NCBI RefSeq assembly: GCF_009914755.1
Contig: NC_060925.1
Source: the human T2T-CHM13v2.0 reference genome, Homo sapiens
Strand: one strand, 5' to 3'
DNA: 64,000 bases
This document shows positions 17,595 to 32,714 of the stretch, piece by piece; position 1 is the stretch's first letter; each line of letters starts with the position of its first letter. The notes below the pieces were generated by a model. That model saw only the letters and a program-made list of their open reading frames with translations. It searched no databases and was not told the origin of the DNA. The position numbers were made by a program, and so were the translations under genes.

Positions 17595-17812
17595 AGTACC
17601 ATCCACTAGACCTTCCCACAGTGGTGGACGTGCCTTCTATCCATACCACGCACCGTGGGAGACACTTGGTGCCACATGTGGAATCGGGCACTTGATCAGC
17701 ATGGCTGTCATCTAGCTATTGTAAAGGGCATATGTATGAAATATAGCCAGTGCAACTCAGGAACTGGGTTTCTAATTTTATTTAAGTTTAAATAGCCATT
17801 GGATAGAGCAGC
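17595..17812. mobile_element. MER3-like hAT fossil with an internal insertion
   Basis: gccacatgtgg...gcacttga / aaatatagccagtgcaactcaggaactg...aaatagcca. Confidence 0.65.
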
Positions 17813-18327
17813 TTTTTGAAAGTGGCCTTCACTGAAACAGAGTTCATGCAGGAAATAGAAAATAACCTTTAAAAAATCCACTTCCTATTTTCACAGATCT
17901 GTTAGAGAATAACATCTTGCCAAATTAAGAGCATGTGTCTATGAAAAAAGCAGCAGTCTAAAGAAAGTTTTTTAGCCAAATGAGAAGATAACACTTAAAA
18001 ATAATGAAATAATTTTAGAAAAAGTGGCAAAACCGTTCATAGAGGAGTGAACAATCAAACAGTAAAACTGAGCAATTATCGATAGTGTGGTATATGTGAG
18101 AGGAATTTGTTAGGAAGGGACTCTTTAAATAGAAGACGAATAATGTTTAAACTATCTCCTAGAACTAAAATTCTAAATTATTTTAACAAAACCAGGGAGT
18201 GTAGGGAAATGAAGAGAGTAAAAGTGTATGAAAGCTCTCGGGTTCAGGGACAGTAACAGATTTTGTTCCACTCGTGATATAGATAGATGTGCGCTGGATA
18301 GGCTGAAATATGCTAGTTAGAAATGTT

Positions 18328-18620
18328 GGCCGGGCGCGGTGGCTCACACCTGTAATCCCAGCACTTTGGGAGGCCGAGGCGGGCGGATCACGAGGTCAGG
18401 AGATCAAGACCATCCTGGCTAACACGGTGAAACCCCGTCTCTACTAAAAATATAAAAAATTAGCCAGGCATGGTGGCGGGCACCTGTAGTCCCAGTACTC
18501 GGGAGGCTGAGTCAGAAGAATGGCGTGAACCCAGGAGGCAGAGCTTGCAGCTAGCCGACATCGCACCACTGCACTCCAGCCTGGGCGACAGAGCGAGACT
18601 CTCTCTCAAAAAAAAAAAAA
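18328..18620 (+). mobile_element. AluY-like
   Basis: Consensus. Confidence 0.95.
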
Positions 18621-18658
18621 TGTTAAGTTGGTAGGTAGCATAAAAACGGGCTACAGAA

Positions 18659-18982
18659 GGACAGGTGCGGTGGCTCATGCCTGTATTCTTAGCATTTTGG
18701 GAGGCCAAGGTGGGAGGATCACCTGAGTTCAGGAGTTCGAGACCAGCCTGGCCAACATGGTGAAACTCCGTCTCTACTAAAAATACAAAAATTAGCCAGG
18801 TGTGTTGGCAGGTCCCTGTAATCCCAGCTACTCGGGAGGCTGAGGCACAAGAATTGCTTGAACCCTGGAGGTGGAGGTTTTGCTGTGTTAGCCAGGATGG
18901 TCTCGATCTCCTGACCTTGTGATCTGCCTGCCTCCACCTCCCAAAGTGCTGGGATTACAGGTGTGAGCCACCATGCCCGGCC
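18659..18982. mobile_element. Fused inverted Alu fragments (+ 18659-18879, - 18880-18982)
   Basis: Consensus switches strand at gtggaggttt|tgctgtgttagccaggatgg. Confidence 0.9.
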
Positions 18983-19788
18983 TCGGGTTGTTTTTTTTTT
19001 TTTTTTTAAATAAAAGCAGGATATACTATATGCTACTTGTAAGAAATACAATCAAAATGAAATGAAAGAGAAACAATGAAAATGAAATGATAGATAACAG
19101 CTATAATAGATAAACGAGTATAAAAAGAAAGATAAAAAGTACAATTCAAGGCAAATTAATGTGTGTGTGTATATATACATATATATATACATACAGTTTA
19201 TCTAGAAGATATGACAGTTATAAACTATTGTGTACCTAGCACCATAACCTTGAAACATTACAGCAAATACTAGTAAATACAAAGAAATGTGGACCCATAA
19301 TCACAGTGTGCTACTAACACACATAGCTCAGAATTTTTCAGATCAAGTAGATATGAAAAGCATATGAACAAGTTGAACAACAAAATCAGAAGGCTTGATT
19401 TCATATATATTTACTATATGATAGATTTAATATATGATATACTTATATATAACTATATGTGTGTATGTAGTTAATACACATAGCAACTACGTATATAATT
19501 GTTCTTTTCAGGTGTCCAAGGCATGTTTATGAAAACTGCTCATATACTAGGACACGAAGAAAATTTGAATAAAAATCCAAAGCTACCCATTTAAAGGCCG
19601 TCTTCTCTGAGCACAATCCATGAAATTTAGAAATGAGTGACGTGACTTTTCAGGTCCAACTACTGAGAACGTTACTTAAGATGTTTTTACATTGTTACAT
19701 GTTTATAAAATGGAGGATTTAGGAAAGTGATTGTAGAGTGATAACCTTTTAGGCTTCAGAAATTCCACCTTACTTTTAATATATTTGA

Positions 19789-20199
<411 letters not shown>

Positions 20200-20262
20200 C
20201 AATATATTTTTCTTAAATTTTTTATTTTTATTGTTATTACAAAAACGAATTGTTCTTTGATG

Positions 20263-20400
20263 AAAATTTATAAAATTATCCACAATAAGCATTTTTAACA
20301 GCTTTATTGAGGTATAATTTACGTATGATAAAAAATTTATAAAATTATCCACAATAAGCATTTTTAACAGCTTTATTGAGGTATAATTTACGTATGATAA
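20263..20400 (+). repeat. Perfect 69-bp tandem duplication
   Basis: 20263-20331 is identical to 20332-20400. Confidence 0.95.
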
Positions 20401-20720
20401 AATTTACCCATTTTAAATGCTCAGGGGATGGCTTCTAGTAAACATATACAGCTGAGCAACCATCACCATAGTCCCTTTCTAGAACACTTCCATCTCACTG
20501 CACGGTGCCCTGTGCCCATCTGCAGTCCGTCTCTGCCCAGCCTTAGGCAACCACTGATCTGATTCTATCCCCAGAGGTTTGCTTTTTCTAGACATTTCAT
20601 GTAAGTGGAATCATGCACCATGCAGCCCACTGCGGCTGTTTCCACTTAGCAGGATGTTGTTGAGGCTCCTTCGTGTTGGCAGGAGAAGCATTTTGTCACT
20701 TTGTATAGTTCCATCGAGAA
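20360..20720 (-). mobile_element. Old L1 3' end (L1MB/ME-like)
   Basis: ctttattgaggtataatttac...ggcaaccactgatctg...gacatttcatgtaagtggaatcat. Confidence 0.75.
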
Positions 20721-20774
20721 CATTTTCAGTTCACTTAAGAACCCGAAGTGCTGTGTTTCAGTTACCACTCCTAA

Positions 20775-21724
<950 letters not shown>

Positions 21725-21880
21725 TAACCTTAAAATGGTATTTCATTGCATTGGATTGAGGTGGAAGTCTGCCCTCCTGCCTGATTATTTTTTTCTCTCC
21801 AAGGCGAGGCAGGGAGGTAGACCTGGATAACTTGTAAGGTTCCTTTCTAACCTGAGTGTTCTGTGAACTTCTGACTTCAG

Positions 21881-22068
21881 GTGAACATGATGACCTTGGC
21901 AGAACACATTATTGAAGCCACACCTGACCGAATCAAGCAGGAGAATTTTGTGCCCATGGAGTCCTCAGGATTGGAAAGAACAGACCCTGCCACCATTAGC
22001 AGTACAATGAGCTGGCTGGCCAGTTATCTAGCGGATGCTGACTGCCTTCCCAGTGCTGCCCAGATCCG
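21881..22068 (+). CDS. CAMTA1: CAMTA1 coding exon (188 nt): VNMMTLAEHIIEATP...AAQI
   Basis: cttcag| and |gtgagt. Confidence 0.96.
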
Positions 22069-22289
22069 GTGAGTAAAGTTACGGAGGTCACTACCCAGCA
22101 TAGATTCCCGGATGTAATTGGAGGCAGGGGAGGCTGATTGTATTTGATGAATGCCGTGTCATAGAAGACCATACCAAGGAAGGAAGGAAGCATGAGGACA
22201 AGCTCTGTTGCCACTTTCAAGGCCCAGCTCCTATTCCTACCTCTCCCATTATTTTTTTTACTGCTATCAGAGCATAAGAGATCGTGTTA

Positions 22290-22621
<332 letters not shown>

Positions 22622-22890
22622 TCAGCTGAAGTTTTCTAATGGCAGTAGAGTGTACTGCTACTAGGTTTTAGTATTTAGCATAGTACTAAAGTTATGATAG
22701 GTGTTGAGTATAAACTTACTCAATCGAAGGACACTGGGTATGTTTAGCAACTTGCCTAACTGAATGAAGGCATGTTCCTAATTGCCCACAGTGGCTTCTG
22801 GCAGATACCATCTTGGCTCATTCATTAATATCTAATGGGTGGTGCAAATCAATCATTAATCTGTCTCTCCTTTTTCTCCTCTTGTTTCAG

Positions 22891-23137
22891 AAGTGCATAT
22901 AACGAGCCTCTAACCCCTTCTTCTAATACCAGCTTGAGCCCTGTTGGCTCTCCCGTCAGTGAAATCGCTTTCGAGAAACCTAACCTTCCCTCCGCCGCGG
23001 ATTGGTCAGAATTCCTGAGTGCATCTACCAGTGAGAAGGTAGAGAATGAGTTTGCTCAGCTCACTCTGTCTGATCATGAACAGAGAGAACTCTATGAGGC
23101 TGCCAGGCTTGTCCAGACAGCTTTCCGGAAATACAAG
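22891..23137 (+). CDS. CAMTA1: CAMTA1 coding exon (247 nt): SAYNEPLTP...AARLVQTAFRKYK
   Basis: tttcag| and |gtaaac. Contains the first IQ-like motif. Confidence 0.96.
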
Positions 23138-23679
23138 GTAAACTAGAACAGAACCTTCGTTTTGTGACATTCTTAAGATCAGAGAGGACAGATGAAAGTC
23201 AGAATCATGCGAACAAAAACATTTACTATTTCTTTTTTTCCTCTGAATTTGTAGAATTTTTTTGGAAGTCTCCAATTTATTAAGATTCACTATATAACAT
23301 ATCTGTGTGTGTATCTGCTTTGTAAAAATATTTTATGGTAAAATATTCATAACATAAAGTTTGCCATTTTGTCTGTTTTAAAGTGTGCAGTGTGGGGGCA
23401 TTAAGTATATTCACAGTGCTGTGCAACTGTCACTGCTACCCATTTCCAGAGCTTTCTCATTCTCCCAAACCATTTGCTTTTAACAACCAATTTTTAAACA
23501 GTTAAACATGAAATTTTTATCAAATGTTTACAAAGTTCCTAAAGCACCTTCATAGAAGAGTTTCAGAAGCGTAGTCTTCTCAGTTATCTGAGGCATAGAG
23601 AATAACTGGCTGGGACAAGGGCCCATCCATGGTTAGGCCAGGGCGGGAATGGGGCTTTTCCGGCACAGAACAATGCTGA

Positions 23680-23983
23680 TTTTTCTTTTTCTTTTTTTGA
23701 AATGGAGTCTCATTCTGTTGCCAAGGCTGGAGAAGTGCAGTGGTGCAATCTCTGCTCACTGCAACCTCCACCTCCCAATTCAGGTGATTCTCCTGCCTCA
23801 GCCTCCCAAGTAGCTGGAATTACTGGCGCGTGCCACCACACCCGCCTAATTCTTGTATTTTTAGTAGAGACAGGTTTTCACAATGTTGGCCAGGCTGGTC
23901 TCGAACTCTTAACCTCAAGTGATCCGCCTGCCTTGGCCTCCCAAAGTGCTGGGATTACAGGCATGAGCCACCGCACCCAGCCT
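23680..23983 (-). mobile_element. Alu
   Basis: Consensus. Confidence 0.95.
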
Positions 23984-24713
23984 TGATTTTCCTATTCTAC
24001 CTTGCCATCCTGAGTACAATGTCTCTTTATTATTCCTTAAAACAAATTTCATGAGTTCATAGAATTTTTAATTAAAGTTATTAATGTCACATTAAATAAT
24101 TCTCAGAAGCTTTAGTAAAATAATGTTAGCCAATAATGTAATGGTTATCACCATGTCAACATACTGTTGGTAATGATAATGCGTATTATTCAGTTAATAT
24201 AAAGTAAGGTGACCCCTCTGCTGCTAGGAGGTCGTGACCTAAAGCAGGGGTTTTCAACTGGAGGCCTGGGGGCTGACTCCAGGCAGCCCCTGAACTCCTA
24301 AAATTAAGCAGTAAAGCTTTTTCTGTGTGCATTTTTGGTGGGAAGGGGACCCATGGCTTTCTACAGATTCTCAAAGTAGTCTCTAACCACTCCCAAAAAA
24401 GTGTTAAAAGCCATTAATCATTGATCCAAAAGTAAAGTAGTTGGGGTTATCTTAGGAAAGATAGTTGAGATCTGGCAAGACAAACAGTACAATGCCTAAT
24501 TTGTTAAATACTTTAAAAGGGAATATATTTTTAGTCTGCTTAACATTCCAATATCATAGTTTTATTTAGAAGCAAGGATAGTCTAAGGTTTATTCTATAA
24601 ATTCATTTTTCCTCATTTATAATTAATTATCAATATTTTTTGGTAAACCTGGGATCTCAACTCTGAGAAGGTGCATTAAATGAGTAGTAATAAAAAGCTG
24701 ACATTTCTGGTAG

Positions 24714-25366
<653 letters not shown>

Positions 25367-26816
25367 TCAAGAGGCTGAGGCCGGAGGATCTTCTTGAACC
25401 CAGGTGTTGATGTCCAGCTTGGACCTCGTCTCAAAAAAAAACCAGAGGAAAACAAAATAAAACCATCTGCAATTAGACTTGTACCGCAAAAGGGTTTTTG
25501 TCCAAATTTTTGATCTTTTAGTAATATTACCTACCTGAGATACTGGTCTGATCCTAACACCAGTATCTTTGCAGTGAGGATCCGTGGTCCAATACTTTGA
25601 TAAACTCCCTAGTAATTAGAGAACTGTAGGGAATCCAGGGTGTGATACCGTGATTGGAGAAAGTAAATGCTGGCTATTTATTACCTTTGAGTTTGAATTA
25701 TATAAGGTATTTAATCTTTGGCCATTTTCCTTTCAGCTTCTTATCCATTTTAAAATGAAGAATTGTTAAAATCTTTGAAAATCAGAAGAAGCTCAGAACA
25801 TCTTAAACTGCTTTTGTGCACCTTAGTTAAAGGTGCAAGAAGATTATCTAAGTACTCTTTCATGCAGTATTTCTGTTTGCAAACCACCTTGTAGGGTTAT
25901 GTAACTAGTCAGATGGGAAAGGGAAGTCATATTTTTGGGGCAGCTAGTATGCACTAGATTTTTTAGGTGCCCCATCTCATTTCCTTTTTACAATTATTTG
26001 AAGTAAGCAGTATTTATTTCCAGTTTACAGATGAAGAAGCTGAAGCTCAGAGAAATTACATGAATATTAGGCCTTTCTCATTATCAAGGTGGTTATAAAA
26101 TATTAAAAATTGCCTAATGGAGTTTTGACTGGTTCACACGATAAAATTCAGGCCTGTCAGTAGATTCGAGAACCTTTTATCAGATTGTGCTTTAGGTAGT
26201 TATAAATTTTTATTTAAGGAATAATAAATTCTAATATGTGTAATGGTCACATAGAAATTAGGGATTCTATCACCTTGTCATAATCCAGGACTTGCCTCAA
26301 TTTCTGATATGGGTTGCCGTTTCCTCAAGCTTCTCTAGGATTAAGCCCTATTAATGGGGGTGGGGGGACGTCTTTGGCTTCGAGCCAGTTGAGTTCATGA
26401 TCCCAGAAAAGGAAGGTTTATTGTGCAAACGCTGACACCACAGTGCCTGTAGCTCTATAGCAGGGAGCCGCACTGGCTTCTGTTTGGTGAGCAGGCTTCC
26501 TGGGAGCACAAGTGATACACAGAATGAAGGTTTCAAGTCTGTGATTACAACAGGTATTGATTCCAAAATATGAGTTTGGTTTTTTAAAAAAAAAAACCCT
26601 CCCCAGAAACTGTCATCTACAGCTAGGAAGACAGAAGGCATTATTTTTGGAAAGAGTAACAACTATAAAACAAATATTTTGGAAGATGGAAGGCATTAAT
26701 ATAGCCAGGTTGCCTTTTTTTTTTTTCTTGGTTGGGAGTTTTATTGATTCTGGTTTTTAATTTCATTATATTCAGCAATGTAACATTAATCTTGTATTTT
26801 CTGTTTTTCCCCCAAG

Positions 26817-26837
26817 CTGACATGGATAGCCTTGAAG
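26817..26837 (+). CDS. CAMTA1: CAMTA1 alternative 21-nt microexon (LTWIALK)
   Basis: Polypyrimidine tract + cccaag|CTGACATGGATAGCCTTGAAG|gtaatg, in frame. As I recall, CAMTA2 carries the same peptide at this position. Confidence 0.85.
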
Positions 26838-28244
26838 GTAATGATACACCCAAGCCCTCTCACAAACCATTCCACCAGAGTCACAAACTTCACACCCATC
26901 ACCAGCTACAGGGAGGGCCATTAAGATGGCACAGTCATGGAGTAAACATATCCCCCTTGCCAGGCCACCTAAGCACAGTTCCTCTGTCGTCTGGGGACCA
27001 CGTGGTTATTCAGCTGGAGTGGGTTTCGACATTAATAACTGGACATTTTTTGGCTGGTGTTAATCCATCTAAGCCAGTTCCTGTGAGCCCTGTGGCCACT
27101 AAGTAAATACCCTTTTTCCCAAAGCGCTTCACTGTGGCCCGATGGGTCTGAGTGTGTAGTGTGCACAGGTGGAGACGATGGAAACCACAGGGGCTCTGTA
27201 GTCTGCAGCATTCTTGTCTTCAAAGACTTTCAGACCAGTGAAAAGGTAAAGCAGGTCAGATAAGACCAAAGAAGGTTCTTGCAGAAGGGTCCTGGTTCTT
27301 GGACAATTCTGAGAAGTCAGTTTCCCTCCCTCATTTCACCTCCTCATACATCCAGAGATACAGTTAGGCAGATACAGGGATTTTCTGGGGAATATTTTTC
27401 CTTGCGACGGTAAGTTGCCGTCTTATAAGCAAAGGGCTTCATTGCAACTTCTCATCCCCAGAGTCATACTCTGTTTGATTAGAAATTTGGACGTAGCATT
27501 TTAAGACCATGGAGAGCTCTGTATTTTTAGTGCCTAGAGACTGATGTTGAGAATTCACCCTGGGCCTTCGTCCCTCACTTCTGTAGCTCTGCAGCGGGCT
27601 GCGTGGAGGACTCCTGGCACTGCCTCCTGGGTCGTCCGCAGCTCTGTGACAGCCGTCCAGGTTTCACGGCTTCACCACCGTGTTGGTCTTACGAGTGTTC
27701 ATCTTTTACAGGTTAAAATGGCTTAAAGGTGTCAGCGTTTCATGATAAGCCTTGTATTTGGGACCTTGCAACTCAGTCAGAAACTTGTCGTGTGGAATGA
27801 TAGTTAAAAATCAGAGGCTGAATGCTAAGTAGATTTGTGTATGGTGGGAATTGGAAGGCATAAAAAAATTATGTTAGTGTTTCAAAACTGGATAGAAAAT
27901 ATTAATCCGAAGCATTTAAAATTTTACTGTCGAAATCTGTTTTTAGATTCATAAACGTCTAAGGGTATTGCTATTAAAATTTTTCTCCAAGAAGGGCAAG
28001 ATATTTTGATATTTTAGGGAAAAAATATATGTCTGAAGGCAACCCTTAAAGTAATATTTTACATTTTGGAAAGGTAGGTGTAAAGATTCCTCATTTGCCT
28101 CTTTTGTGATTAAACCCCGGACAGAGAATGTGATAATAGAGGGGAAAAGCATTTTCTCTTCTTCCCTTCCCGGTAAGCTCGAAGGACGCTGAGCCCGTGC
28201 AGCCCCTGTTGTTACTGTGTCGCTTGTTCTTGTTTCCCCTGCAG

Positions 28245-28438
28245 TACGCACTTTATAAAAAGATGACACAGGCTGCCATCCTTATCCAGAGCAAATTCCG
28301 AAGTTACTATGAACAAAAAAAATTCCAGCAGAGCCGACGGGCTGCTGTGCTCATCCAAAAGTACTACCGAAGTTATAAGAAATGTGGCAAAAGACGGCAG
28401 GCTCGCCGGACGGCTGTGATTGTACAACAGAAACTCAG
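28245..28438 (+). CDS. CAMTA1: CAMTA1 coding exon (194 nt): YALYKKMTQAAILIQSKFRSYY...IVQQKL, IQ motifs
   Basis: ctgcag| and |gtgggt. Confidence 0.96.
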
Positions 28439-28748
28439 GTGGGTGGAGAAGAGCTCATGGAGGTAAAGCTCCCTAGGGAAGAGAACTCTGACTTCTTTGA
28501 AAGACTTGTCCTGGGCTGACATTGGAGTCTGGGGTGGGCCTAAAGCATTGGCAGTCACTGTGTTCCAGAACGTTTTAGGCATGGTGGCTGATAAGTACAC
28601 CTGTGCTGAGTCTGGTTTTGAATATTTAGCTCTTTCTCTCCACCTCCCACCCAATTATTTTGATATTGCCACCCAATTTTACCTTATATCAGAATTTGGC
28701 AGCACCAGTTTCTACTCAGAAAGTTACCACTCAATTATAGTAGTTTAA

Positions 28749-28992
28749 CCCATTTCCTGTTTAGGAAAAAAAAAAAAAAGTACAGCCCGCTGCCAGCACT
28801 CATGTAATTTTACATAAACATGCTCTTTGAGGCTGAAGGAAATCTGATTTTCAATGTGAAAATAAAATATGAAAACTATTCTTGGAGTTATTTCTAAACA
28901 GAACTTGTTCCTAATCCTAATGTAACTGAAACGTATATGATGCTACATTCCGATTAGAGACAAGGCTATTCTTGACACAAATGGGAAATGAG
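28749..28992. mobile_element. MER75B-like piggyBac MITE
   Basis: TTAA at 28745-28748, TIRs CCCATTTCC / GGGAAATGAG, MER75 core ctctttgaggctgaag...ttggagttatttctaaacagaac. Confidence 0.8.
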
Positions 28993-29504
28993 TGAAATTG
29001 TAGAATTACTGCATGTGAGACCTTGGGAGAGTAATTAGGGTTAAGCTGTTCCATTTTAGAGACTGTAATAAAAATGTTGAGCCAAGTAAAATATATTGAT
29101 CAGTACATTTACAAAATAGCCCAAAGAGTGTATCAACTCCGGTGAATCACCTTGTAAACTAAGAAAGCCTCTCTAATGCCAGAATGCCTTTTGTGGCAAA
29201 ATGAGCTTATAATGAATTGTGGAAGAATATTTAAGTGACATTTTATTTTCAGTCTTTGTATAGTCTGTCTTGAAGCTGAGAGCGCCTATACACACCCTCC
29301 TTTCTCCTCTAGTGATGCCCGGACTCGATACTATGGGAACAGCATACGCACTCATCCCCCTTCAGATTGTATACATCTTTAACATATGCTGTTGGCTTTG
29401 CTACACGAACTGCTTAATTCAGAGTCCTCTGTCACTGCTGACCAGTTTTCCATATTGGGCTTTACTGTAACCTTCTTGTGACAATAATATTCTGACTTTT
29501 TCAG

Positions 29505-29579
29505 GAGCAGTTTGCTAACCAAAAAGCAGGATCAAGCTGCTCGAAAAATAATGAGGTTTCTTCGCCGCTGTCGCCACAG
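29505..29579 (+). CDS. CAMTA1: CAMTA1 coding exon (75 nt): SSLLTKKQDQAARKIMRFLRRCRH
   Basis: tttcag| and |gtacac. Confidence 0.95.
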
Positions 29580-32088
29580 GTACACTAGTCCTTGTTTATA
29601 CATTCTGCTCAGGGAGAATGATGAAGCAACCCTGACCTTCTTAACCCTCACTAACTCCTATGTAAAGCTAATCCCCCTGCAGATAATCAGGGCAGACGTC
29701 CCAAATTACAATAGGGCGGTAGAGCTCTTTAACTAGGGATCAGGTTGCTACCCTTGGAGTGCTGGTAACCATGTCAGACGATGCTGTTTGAACAATGGAG
29801 ATTCATGCCCGTGTTTTTCTGTTTTAATTTGGGTGTGAGGTCAACTTAGTCGGACTAGCTTTTAATTCTAAGTTTCTCTTTAACCTGTGATTGATATGCC
29901 ACATTGCAGTATGTTCTTTGCTCTAATCCTTTACTATGCTAGCGCGTGTCCAAACAGAAAACAGTTTCTAGTCTCAAGGAAGGGAAAGAAAACCACGAAT
30001 TCCAAACAAGTTTTCTGATGTAGAATTTCCACCAGATAGCTGGTGCCCTCTGCTGGTCATGTAATCGCCAACATGCTCTATTATTAAACTATCAATTAAA
30101 GCCGGTCCGTGATGAGGAACAGGAGAGATCACTGGAATGCAGCTGTTCAGGAAAAGAAAGACATCTGAGACTCTGGGCACATCTTCAATTAGTAGGAAAT
30201 GGGGTCCTGTGACCCCAGCATTCTGTGGGATGCAGCATCTTCTCATGGAGCTAAGCCAGAGGAATTTCTCTTTGTTCCTCAAATTTGAGATTTCTTTATG
30301 AAGACTAGCGTCTCTACTTAGATTTCAGAGGGCTGGTGAAAGTGGTTTGTGTTCTTTATCCAGGTGAATATTCCAGTCTGACGTCTGTAACTGCGGCCAT
30401 CCGAGCTGGGTGTAGACCACCTTCTGTGTGGTTGGGTTGTTGCTCTGTGTGTCAGGAGCTGTGCAGTTTATAATACCAAACATTAAAGCAGACTCTCTAA
30501 TGTCTTACTTCCTCTTCCTATTTAATTATACCAAAAGTCCTAGTATTCATATTTAATTGGATTCCTTGGATGTTTCATTTTGCTTTAGTTTTTCTTACTC
30601 CTATACCATATGATTGCCGGCTTTGAAAATATCTTGCCTTTAAGACTTAATAGGTTTAATGGGTTATTTGTACTTTTACTTAAATTAACAGAAGAATTTA
30701 TTTTTGTGACCATAGAAGGAAACATGCACAGCCACTGCATTAACATCATAAAAACTTAAAAAACGGCATTCACTAAGATAGATGGTTTTCCCCAGCTATG
30801 ATGCCATGCAGAAGCTAATGTTCACTCGCCCTGTGCCTCAGCAACATTTACTTTCCACCATGCAAGGATGGGAGATTTTTCACCATGATAGCTAATGAGT
30901 AACATACCAGTGTCAGTACTCTGAAACAGGAAGTCCTGTTAGGAAATGCATCCCCAAAACGGGTATGGCTCTAAGATCATGAAATTAATTCTGCAAGCCT
31001 TACCAAAGGCAGCCTCTTTCCTTTATTATTCAATCATACCTTTTACTTAGCAGGGACTTAGGACCAAAGAGAGTAGCTGATTTTCTTTATATGGTGAACA
31101 GATCAAGGACTCACCTGGGCCCTTTTCCTTACATTCTCCAATACGTTCATAGTTCCTTCCTCCCTTTTCCTCTTCGACCTGCAAAATGAAAAACCTGAGC
31201 AAGATCCTATCCAGCACTGAAACCAATAGACTTTGGCCACTTTGAGCAGAATCACATCTTCTTTCATGACACTGTGGTTAATACTTTCCAGATAGATTTT
31301 GTTTTCAAGAAAATTACCTTAACACCACTCTTCTTTAGGCCACTTCAGACAAACCAGAATGTCTGCAAGTTAAGTCGTGCTAGACTTTTTCCTCCTTTCT
31401 TCTAGTCTGATCCTCAAACTTTGAATGAATGTGTGGGTAACGTGGGAGCAAAATTGCATAAAGTCCTACACTCATCTCCCTTTTGTTTTTGCCAAAGCTG
31501 TGTCCCGTGTTTACTTTGGGAGAGTTAAGAGAATGAGATATTTAAACAAAACATAAATTCATGAAAGGTTGCCCCCACAAAGTAAGCTGAACAAAGGAGT
31601 CCTTTCACTTTTGTTTTTAGAGTTCTCTTTCTGTAAACTGGTAGAGGAAAATTTCATGAAGATTTTTGCCTTAAGTATAAATTTTAACTGTTAATAACCT
31701 TATAAGATGGATAACAAGAAGGTTCATTATGAAGAGAACATCAGATACGGGCTCTGGATTCCTGTGCATTAATTGGAATGAAATAAAAAATGTTATTGGC
31801 TCTTTACTTGACCATTTACAGTTTAGATGTTAGAAAAATAGGCAAATTTTAATAGCCTCTGTAATAAGATCAGTATTCACTTCCCATTTCTATATATTCA
31901 ATTAATATGTTCAATCTTGAAGAAATCCTAAAAATCTATCCTGGAAGTTTGTTTTAAACTGATATTTTCTTTAGGATGTGTGTAATCCTATTTTCATTCT
32001 GGGTTGAGTTATTTAATGTTATTTTAAAAGAAACTATTCATGTCTGTTGTCCTTAGAAGCATTAAAATCTTATTAAGATAGAAAACCT

Positions 32089-32446
<358 letters not shown>

Positions 32447-32683
32447 TCAGGAATCAGTCAGAAGTATCCCATTTCTAAGTCATATGACCCCAATTTTTTA
32501 AGACTTAAATTGATGAATTTTTTTACCTACTCATTTCACGTACCCCACCATCACTCTCCTTTTCTTTCTTTCCAAAAAAGAAACCATGTTATATTCTTTT
32601 TTGTTGAAATAAAGCTATTTGTAAGATTTCTGTTGTGACCCTCATGTGCTAATAGCTCTCTGGTGTTGTTTTACTGTCTAAAG

Positions 32684-32714
32684 CCCCCTGGTGGACCATA
32701 GGCTGTACAAAAGG
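32684..32714 (+). CDS. CAMTA1: CAMTA1 31-nt penultimate cassette exon (PLVDHRLYKR)
   Basis: ctaaag| and |gtgagt. Inclusion gives the SERIEKGQGT* ending. Confidence 0.92.

Noticed and set aside
27712-27728. Possible 17-nt microexon (ttttacag|...aaag|gtgtca)
   Set aside because: Poor donor and frameshifting; no other support.
28780-28905. Segment first suspected to be an snRNA/snoRNA retrocopy next to an A-run
   Set aside because: Better explained by the MER75-type transposon (TTAA site and TIRs).
29505-29510. Tandem acceptors CAG-GAG-CAG
   Set aside because: Would delete only 1-2 aa; no evidence of use.
30329-30369. CAG|GTGAAT resembling a recursive splice site or the end of a 35-nt exon
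   Set aside because: Intron is only 3 kb and the motif is weak; expected by chance.
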